A stretch of DNA of 33,927 nucleotides from contig CAZGKS010000001.1 in the NCBI GenBank assembly GCA_964526275.1, positions 800 to 34,726 of the forward strand, written 5' to 3'. Position 1 is the stretch's first letter; each line of letters starts with the position of its first letter. Below, piece after piece: positions 10,022 through 16,984 of the stretch. The notes beneath the pieces are model-generated. The model was not told the DNA's origin and ran no database searches. It saw only the letters and a list, made by a program, of their open reading frames with translations. The position numbers and the translations under genes are program-made. This DNA is from an uncultured Methylobacterium sp. (GTDB lineage: Bacteria; Pseudomonadota; Alphaproteobacteria; Rhizobiales; Beijerinckiaceae).

Positions 10022-11217
10022 GGGTGGGCCTTGCGCGCAAAAACCCGCGCGGCGGCACGATCAAGGGTCACGCGCAGGCTTTGGCCGTCTTGCAACTTTG
10101 CGGCGGCTTCCACCGGCAGATCGGCGAGCAGGGGTACAAAATCGCCGTTCGGGAGCGGCGCTTCAAGCCCCGGCAAATCGAGGCTGAGCCGTGTATGCGC
10201 CCCCAGAAATTCACGCCCGCCAAGCTGCGCGCTTAAATCCCCCGCCTCCCCCGGCAAGGCCAGCCGAACGGCCTCTGGACGCAAGGCAAGCCAGACCGGG
10301 GTGCCGGGAGGGGCAGGCTGGCGGGGCATTTGCTCTGCTGCGAGCACCAGCGATTGCTTACCCAGTAGAAGCGTATCGCCCTCCCCCATTCGGGCAGGCA
10401 AAAACGCCACGCGGCCAACAAATTCCGCCGCGAAGGGATCGCAGGGCTGCGTATAAAGCTGCTCCGGCGTGCCGATCTGCACAACGCGCCCCGCGCGCAT
10501 CAAGACAATGCGATCGGCCATGGACAGGGCTTCCTCGCGGTCATGGGTCACCATGATTGTCGTGATACCGAGCTGTCGGTGCAGCGCACGGATATGCGTG
10601 CGCAGCCGCAACCGCACCAAGGCATCGAGCGCGGAGAGCGGTTCATCGAGCAGCAGCAAGCGCGGATTGGGCGCCAGCGCGCGCGCCAAAGCCACACGCT
10701 GTTGCTGCCCGCCCGAAAGCTGGGCAGGGTATTTATGCCCCTCCCCCGCCAAACCCATGCGCTCCAGCAGGCTTTCCGCCTGCGCCCGCTTTTGCGCCGC
10801 ACGCCCGCTTAAGCCATAAGCGATATTTTGCCGCGCCGTGAGATTGGGAAACAGCGCATAGGATTGAAACACCAGCCCCACCCCGCGCTGCGCAACTGGC
10901 GCGGTGGAAACATCCTGCCCATCAATAAAAACCTGTCCGGAATCTTGCCGCTCCAGCCCGGCAATTACCCGCAGCAAGGTGGTTTTGCCGCAGCCTGAAG
11001 GGCCAAGAAAACACACAAATTCACCGGGAGAAAACTCAAGATCAATCGCCTCAAGCGCGTTAAAAGCGCCAAAGCGTTTGCGAACCCCGGCAAGGCGCAA
11101 AAAGGGCGGCGTATCTGGCGCAAGCGGCTGCGAGGCTGCACGGCCCAAACCGGCCTGCCCCGCCGCTTGCATCGCCACCTGCCCTTCAGCGTCCGGCGCG
11201 CTGTGCCCCGCCGCCAT
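10018..11217 (-). CDS. ABC transporter ATP-binding protein (PhnT2/PotA-like)
   Basis: Walker A GPSGCGKT, signature LSGGQQQR, Walker B LLLDEP. RBS AGGAGA precedes the ATG at 11217. Confidence 0.9.
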   Translation of the reverse strand: MAAGHSAPDAEGQVAMQAAGQAGLGRAASQPLAPDTPPFLRLAGVRKRFGAFNALEAIDLEFSPGEFVCFLGPSGCGKTTLLRVIAGLERQDSGQVFIDGQDVSTAPVAQRGVGLVFQSYALFPNLTARQNIAYGLSGRAAQKRAQAESLLERMGLAGEGHKYPAQLSGGQQQRVALARALAPNPRLLLLDEPLSALDALVRLRLRTHIRALHRQLGITTIMVTHDREEALSMADRIVLMRAGRVVQIGTPEQLYTQPCDPFAAEFVGRVAFLPARMGEGDTLLLGKQSLVLAAEQMPRQPAPPGTPVWLALRPEAVRLALPGEAGDLSAQLGGREFLGAHTRLSLDLPGLEAPLPNGDFVPLLADLPVEAAAKLQDGQSLRVTLDRAAARVFARKAHP

Positions 11218-11340
11218 GGCCTCTCCTGCCGTCATGCGATCCCCCAAGCGGGCAAAAGCCGTGGCAGAGCAGCCCATGCACCGACCAGAGAGGGAGCCAA
11301 AACCGACATGGAACCGCAGAGCGTTGGCAAGAGGCCGCCG

Positions 11341-12390
11341 TTATTTCGGTTGTGCCTTGCTTTCATAGCGCTTCACCCATTCGGCGAGAATGCGCTCGCG
11401 GTTATCGGCCATCCAGCCGAAATCGTTTTTGACCATCTTGCCTTCGGCATCGAGCGGATAATTCGCCGGGGCGCTTTTAACCGCCGGATGCGCGGTCAGG
11501 GCGTAATATTGGCCATAGAGCTTGTTGGCATCTTCGGTGGCGACCCAATCCATCAGCTTTTTGGCCAATTCAAGATTTTTGGTGCCCTTGACAATGCCAG
11601 AGGCCTCCATATCCCAGCCCGCTCCATCCTCCGGAACAATCAGCTCGATAGGGGCGCCATTGGTTTTCTCGCGCGCGCCGCGCATATCATAGCCGATCCC
11701 CATAATCTGCTCGCCCTTGGCGGCCTGCACGCAAGGCGCAGAGCCCGAATGCGTGTAAACTGCAATGTTATTATGCAGTCTATCCATAAACGCCCACGCC
11801 TTGGCTTCCCCCATGGTTTGCAGCCATGCCGCCACCATGAGATAACCGGTGCCCGAAGAGACCGGATGCGGCATCACCACCTTGCCCTTATAGCTGGGGG
11901 CGGTGAGGTCTTCCCACACTTTAGGGCGGACCGCGCCCGCTTTGGCGCCTTCGATTGTATTGAAGCACGCAACCGCAATAAACGCATCCATACCGGTCCA
12001 GGTGTAGGGGGCCTTGGTATCGCGGAAATTGGCTTTGAGCGCTTGTGCGCCTTTGGGCTCATAGGTTTCGAGCAGATTGGCCTTCTCGAACAACAACAAG
12101 GAGGTTGCCGCCAGCCCCAAAATCACATCGGCGCGCGGATTATCCTTTTCGGCCAGAAAGCGCGAGGTGATCACCCCGGTGGATTCGCGCACGAACACAA
12201 TATCGATTTCCGGGATAGCCGCCTCGATTTTGGATTTGAACAAGGTGAGCTGGTCGTTCTCCATGGCCGTATAGGCGGTCACCTTGGTGCGCGTTTGCGC
12301 CAAAGCGGGCAAGGATGACAGCCCGGCCAGGCTGGCCACGAGCAAAAGGGCGCGAGCCGTTTTTATGCGAGCAAGGGGGGTGCGCAACAT
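11341..12390 (-). CDS. Putative 2-aminoethylphosphonate ABC transporter periplasmic binding protein (PhnS2/AepX-like)
   Basis: Signal peptide, then YTAMEND, RESTG, MPHPVSSGTG and YTHSGSAPC motifs as I recall them for the PhnS2/AepX family. RBS AAGGAAG before the ATG at 12390. Confidence 0.85.
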   Translation of the reverse strand: MLRTPLARIKTARALLLVASLAGLSSLPALAQTRTKVTAYTAMENDQLTLFKSKIEAAIPEIDIVFVRESTGVITSRFLAEKDNPRADVILGLAATSLLLFEKANLLETYEPKGAQALKANFRDTKAPYTWTGMDAFIAVACFNTIEGAKAGAVRPKVWEDLTAPSYKGKVVMPHPVSSGTGYLMVAAWLQTMGEAKAWAFMDRLHNNIAVYTHSGSAPCVQAAKGEQIMGIGYDMRGAREKTNGAPIELIVPEDGAGWDMEASGIVKGTKNLELAKKLMDWVATEDANKLYGQYYALTAHPAVKSAPANYPLDAEGKMVKNDFGWMADNRERILAEWVKRYESKAQPK

Positions 12391-12439
12391 GATCAGCTTC
12401 CTTGTTGATACGATACGAATGATACAAAATTTCCGGCCT

Positions 12440-12469
12440 ATTATAGAACATGCACCCGGCACGAGGCAA
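12440..12469 (-). promoter_or_regulatory. Probable sigma70 promoter of the ABC transporter operon
   Basis: Minus strand TTGCCT-N18-TATAAT (perfect -10), about 50 nt upstream of the binding-protein start. Confidence 0.55.
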
Positions 12470-12532
12470 CCCGCCTGACCAAGCCTATCGCCTGTCTTTG
12501 GGCGCAGGCCAGATAGAGAATCAGTTGGCAGG

Positions 12533-13322
12533 TTACGCCAGCCCCAAAAAGGCCGGCAAGGCGCCAATATCGGATAAAACGGCATCGGCCTGTTGAAAAA
12601 GTGCGGCGGCGGGATCGCAGTTATCCACAACGCCGACCGCGATTGCATAAACCCCGGCCGCGCGCGCAGGCCATGTCATGGGCGCTGTCCCCCACCATGG
12701 CGACCGCGTGCGCGGGAAGACCAAACCGGCGCACAATTTCGCGCAAAGGCTGCGGCGAGGGTTTGCGGCCAAAGCCGGAATCGTAGCCGATCACTTCATC
12801 TACCAGCGCGCCAAGCCCCAAAGCGGCGATTTGCGCCTGCGCGGGCGCTTGGGCATCGTTGGTGAGCACGCCAATCTTCAACCCTGCGCGTTTGAGCGCG
12901 CCAAAAACCGCTGCCGGCTGCCCTAAAGGCGCCAGATACTGGAGCGAAAACCGCGCCATCAAGGCATCCAGCTCCGGCAAAAAATGCGCATCCTGCGCGC
13001 GGCCCACCGCTTGCGCCCAATCGGGCGCGAAATCGGCCGAAGCCTCCGCCAGAAAGGGCGAGGCGGGATCAAGTTTGCCGGTGTGCAGATCATAGCGCGC
13101 CAGAGCGGCAAGGCGCGCCAGCGCCCCCGCATCCCCTGCCGCCAGCGCCTCAAGCGTTGCGTGCAAGGTGGGGATCCAGGTGCGCGCAAAATCGACAAAA
13201 GTGCCGTCTTTATCCAAAATAACCGCGCGCAACCCGGCCGCCCAAGGCGGTGGGGAGGCGCCCATGTGCCACATTTTGTCGATCACGCGAGCGCCCGCGC
13301 CCTGCCCTTGCGGCGCCAGCAT
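12533..13322 (-). pseudogene. HAD-family phosphatase (phosphoglycolate-phosphatase-like), frameshifted near 12659-12667; start at 13322 or 13265
   Basis: Motif I LDKDGT, II LTND, III RKPSP and IV VGDSAHD are in one frame. The natural-looking C-terminus ARAAGVYAIAV...ADAVLSDIGALPAFLGLA* is in another frame (ORF 12533..12772). Confidence 0.8.
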
Positions 13323-13323
13323 G

Positions 13324-15000
13324 TTAAAACAACCCCTCGACCTCGCCTTGCGCATTGAGGCGGATCCGCTCGGCAGAGGGTACTTTGGGCAAGCCGGGCA
13401 TGCGCATGATCTCGCCGCAAATCGCCACGACAAACCCTGCCCCCGCCGACAGCGAAGCCTCCCGCACCCGCACGACATGCCCCGTTGGCGCGCCGCGCAA
13501 TTCGGGGTCGGTGGCAAAGGAATATTGCGTCTTGGCCACGCATATGGGCAAATGGCCGTAGCCTGCTTTCTCAAAAGCGGCAAAATCTGCGGCCGCCTTG
13601 CTCTCGAACTGCACCTCAGCCGCGCCGTAAATTTCCCTTGCGATACGGCGCATTTTATCGGCAAGCGGCATTTCATCGGCATAAAGCGGCGCAAAAGGCT
13701 GCGCGCGCGGCCCTTCCGCCAGTTGGACAACCGCCTGCGCCAGCGCCTCCACCCCCGCGCTGCCTTGTGCCCAATGGCGGCACAGCACAGCCTTCACCTG
13801 CAAATGCTGCGCACAATGCGCCTGCACCAGCGCAATTTCAGCGTCGGTATCGGCGACAAAATGGTTGATCGCCACGATAATCGGCACGCCAAATTTGCGC
13901 AGGTTTTCCACGTGACGCGCCAGATTGGCCAGCCCCAGTTGCACGGCTTCGGTATTCTCGGTGCCCAGCGCGTCTTTGGGCACGCCGCCATGCATTTTAA
14001 GCGCACGGATAGTGGCCACCACCACCGCCACGGCTGGTGTGAGGTCACCCTTGCGGCATTTGATATCAAAGAATTTTTCAGCACCCAGATCCGCCCCGAA
14101 CCCGGCTTCGGTGACCACGTAATCCGCCAGTTTCAGCGCCGCTTTGGTCGCGATGAGCGAATTGCAGCCATGGGCGATATTGGCGAACGGCCCGCCATGC
14201 ACAAAAGCGGGGTTGCCCTCCAGCGTTTGCACCAGATTAGGCGCCAGCGCATCCTTGAGCAGAACCGCCATAGCCCCTTCCGCCTTGAGATCGCGCGCGA
14301 AAATGGCGGTTTTGTCGCGCCGGTAACCGACAATCATGCCGCCCAGCCGCGCCTCCAGATCCGCCATATCGGTGGCCAGACAAAACACCGCCATCACCTC
14401 CGAGGCGACGGTGATATCAAACCCATCCTCGCGCGGATAGCCATTGGCGGCGCCCCCCAGCGACGACACAATAGCCCGCAGCGAGCGGTCATTCATGTCG
14501 ATCGCGCGGCGCCAGACCACGCGTCGTGTATCAAACCCCAGCGCATTGCCCCAATAGATATGGTTGTCGATCAGCGCGGACAGTAGGTTATGCGCCGCGC
14601 CGATCGCGTGAAAATCGCCGGTGAAATGCAGGTTGATCTGCTCCATGGGGACAATTTGCGCGTAGCCGCCGCCTGCCGCCCCGCCCTTGACGCCAAAACA
14701 CGGCCCAAGGGAGGGCTCACGCAGGCAGATCATGGCGCGTTTGCCGATCCGGTTGAGGCCATCCCCCAGCCCGACCGTGGTGGTGGTTTTCCCCTCGCCC
14801 GCAGGGGTTGGGTTGATCGCGGTGACCAGAACAAGCTTGGCAGCCGGATTATGCGGGCGCGCGGCCAAAGTGGCCAGATCGATTTTGGCAATATACCGCC
14901 CATAGGGCTGCAAGGCGGTTTCTGCCACGCCGATCTTTGCCGCAATATCGGCAATAGGCGCCAAAGAGGCCTTGCGGGCTATTTCAATATCGCTCACCAT
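13324..15000 (-). CDS. fhs: Formate--tetrahydrofolate ligase
   Basis: [42 protein letters not shown] and [14 protein letters not shown] motifs; 558 aa. Confidence 0.98.
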   Translation of the reverse strand: MVSDIEIARKASLAPIADIAAKIGVAETALQPYGRYIAKIDLATLAARPHNPAAKLVLVTAINPTPAGEGKTTTTVGLGDGLNRIGKRAMICLREPSLGPCFGVKGGAAGGGYAQIVPMEQINLHFTGDFHAIGAAHNLLSALIDNHIYWGNALGFDTRRVVWRRAIDMNDRSLRAIVSSLGGAANGYPREDGFDITVASEVMAVFCLATDMADLEARLGGMIVGYRRDKTAIFARDLKAEGAMAVLLKDALAPNLVQTLEGNPAFVHGGPFANIAHGCNSLIATKAALKLADYVVTEAGFGADLGAEKFFDIKCRKGDLTPAVAVVVATIRALKMHGGVPKDALGTENTEAVQLGLANLARHVENLRKFGVPIIVAINHFVADTDAEIALVQAHCAQHLQVKAVLCRHWAQGSAGVEALAQAVVQLAEGPRAQPFAPLYADEMPLADKMRRIAREIYGAAEVQFESKAAADFAAFEKAGYGHLPICVAKTQYSFATDPELRGAPTGHVVRVREASLSAGAGFVVAICGEIMRMPGLPKVPSAERIRLNAQGEVEGLF

Positions 15001-15149
15001 CGCTATGCTCCGCGTGTTTAAGGTATAGTCATGCTTCTATGCTCTGATTCCTGCCCTATGTGCAATGCTGTTGCAGCCAAGCGGCACTCCCTTTGCGGCT
15101 GAGCGCTTGCAGGCGATCTCTCTTGCACGCGGGCGTGTTTGCGGGCAAA

Positions 15150-15180
15150 TTGCCAGAGAATGTATTTTAAGGTTAAAATA
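15150..15180 (+). promoter_or_regulatory. Putative fdh promoter with an overlapping perfect inverted repeat (operator-like)
   Basis: TTGCCA(15150-15155)-N18-TAAAAT(15174-15179). The palindrome TATTTTAA-GG-TTAAAATA at 15163-15180 covers the -10 element. Confidence 0.6.
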
Positions 15181-15196
15181 TCTAGTCGGAGTATGC

Positions 15197-16984
15197 ATGC
15201 CTCAATCCCCCCTTTCAGCGCCGTTGCGCCCCGCCGCCCGCACCAGCCCCAAAGGCCGTGCGCTGGACGCAGCTGCCGTGGCGGATGTGGAAGCCTTGCT
15301 GGCAGGCAAGACAAATCGCCGCGACCACCTGATCGAATATCTCCATGCTTTGCAAGATCATTTCGGCGCGCTTCATGCCCGGCATCTCAAGGCTTTGGCC
15401 GAATGGATGCGGGTATCGGAAGCAGAGATTTTTGAGGTCGCAAGCTTTTACGCCCATTTCGATTATGTGCGCGAAGGCGAGCGCGCCCCCCCTGCCCTCA
15501 CTTTGCGGGTTTGCACAAGCGTGTCGTGCCAACTTGCAGGCGCGCAAGCCTTGCTCGCCGCCTTGCGCGCGGGCACAGACCCACGCCAGATCCGCGTGCT
15601 GGAAGCGCCATGCATCGGCCAATGCGACGCCGCCCCGGCGGTGCTGGTGGGGCATAACCCGGTGCGCCATGCCGATGCGGCCCGCGTGCTTGCGGTGGCC
15701 AAAGCCGATACCACGCAGCCAGACCTGCCCGCCTATACCACGCTCGAAGCGTATCGCGCGGGGGGTGGGTATCAGGTGCTGGCGGAGGTTCTGGCCGGTA
15801 AACGCGCGCCGGAAACCATTATCGCAACCCTGTTGGAAGCAGGGCTGCGCGGGCTGGGCGGGGCGGGTTTTCCGGCCGGGCGCAAATGGCAAACCGTACG
15901 CGCCGCCCCTGCCCCGCGCCTGATGACGATCAATGCCGATGAGGGCGAGCCGGGCACCTTCAAAGACCGCGCGTTGCTGGAGAGCGATCCGCACCGTATG
16001 CTTGAAGGCGCGCTGATCGCCGCCCATTGCGTCGCAGCGGAGCGGATTTATCTTTATATCCGCGATGAATATACCGCCGCGCGCTTGGTTCTGGCGCGCG
16101 AAATCGAGGCGCTGGCGCAAGCCGGGTTGCTTTCCACCCCTATCGAGGTCCGGCGCGGCGCGGGCGCCTATATTTGCGGGGAGGAAAGCGCCATGCTGGC
16201 CTCGATCGAGGGCGGGCGCGGCCTGCCACGGCACCGCCCGCCTCTGATCGCCGAAAACGGGCTGTTCGGGCGCCCGACGCTCAATCATAATGTTGAAACG
16301 CTGGCCTGGATCCGCGATATTCTGGCACTGGGAGCGCAGGCTTTTGCCGCCCAAGGGCGCAACGGGGGCAAAGGCCTGCGCGCTTATTCGGTCTCTGGCC
16401 GCGTGCAACAGCCGGGGGTCAAGCACGCGCCTGCTGGCATTACCGCAAGTGCGCTGATCGAGGATTATTGCGGCGGTATGGCGGAAGGCCACATTCTTGC
16501 CGGGTTTTTGCCCGGCGGCGCTTCGGGCGGGATGTTGCCCGCTTCGCTGGCGAATATCCCGCTCGATTTCGGCACGCTCGATGCCTATGGCGCCTTTGTC
16601 GGCTCACATGCGCTGGTGGTGTTTTCGCATGCCGATGATCCGCAAGCCATTGCGCTCAACCTGCTGGCGTTTTTTGCCGAAGAGAGCTGCGGCCAATGCA
16701 CGCCCTGCCGGGTTGGGTGCGAGACGCTTCATGCGCTGATCGCGCACCAAAAGCCGGAGGGCAGCGCTGCCGATACCGCCGTGATCGCGGATCTTGAACA
16801 CGCGATGCGGCTAGGGTCGATTTGCGGGCTTGGACAGGCAGCACCCAACCCGGCCCGCAGTTGGCTGCGGTTTTTTGCCTCCCAGACTTCGCCAGATCTT
16901 GTGCAGCCAAATCTTGCGCAGCCAGAGGCCAAAACGCCCGCCCTTCTCCCGCCCTCCCCTGCGCCGGAGGTCTCCCATGGCTGA
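15197..16984 (+). CDS. NAD-dependent formate dehydrogenase beta (diaphorase) subunit, NuoE-NuoF fusion (Fdh1B type)
   Basis: 2Fe-2S ligands CTSVSC...CIGQC; FMN/NADH motifs GLRGLGGAGFP, NADEGEPGTFKDR and GAYICGEESA; 4Fe-4S motif ESCGQCTPCR...CGLG. Confidence 0.92.
   Translation: MPQSPLSAPLRPAARTSPKGRALDAAAVADVEALLAGKTNRRDHLIEYLHALQDHFGALHARHLKALAEWMRVSEAEIFEVASFYAHFDYVREGERAPPALTLRVCTSVSCQLAGAQALLAALRAGTDPRQIRVLEAPCIGQCDAAPAVLVGHNPVRHADAARVLAVAKADTTQPDLPAYTTLEAYRAGGGYQVLAEVLAGKRAPETIIATLLEAGLRGLGGAGFPAGRKWQTVRAAPAPRLMTINADEGEPGTFKDRALLESDPHRMLEGALIAAHCVAAERIYLYIRDEYTAARLVLAREIEALAQAGLLSTPIEVRRGAGAYICGEESAMLASIEGGRGLPRHRPPLIAENGLFGRPTLNHNVETLAWIRDILALGAQAFAAQGRNGGKGLRAYSVSGRVQQPGVKHAPAGITASALIEDYCGGMAEGHILAGFLPGGASGGMLPASLANIPLDFGTLDAYGAFVGSHALVVFSHADDPQAIALNLLAFFAEESCGQCTPCRVGCETLHALIAHQKPEGSAADTAVIADLEHAMRLGSICGLGQAAPNPARSWLRFFASQTSPDLVQPNLAQPEAKTPALLPPSPAPEVSHG

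Noticed and set aside
12533-13322. Phosphonoacetaldehyde hydrolase PhnX
   Set aside because: Motif I is DKDGT rather than the DWAGT type, so it is a generic HAD phosphatase.
12621-13730. 369-aa ORF suggesting an Fhs-HAD fusion or a long N-terminal extension
   Set aside because: The first ~135 codons overlap fhs in a different frame; HAD similarity starts only after the fhs stop.
15197-16984. Second complex I nuoE/nuoF copy
   Set aside because: It is a fused NuoE-F protein overlapping an FDH alpha gene, i.e. the FDH diaphorase subunit.
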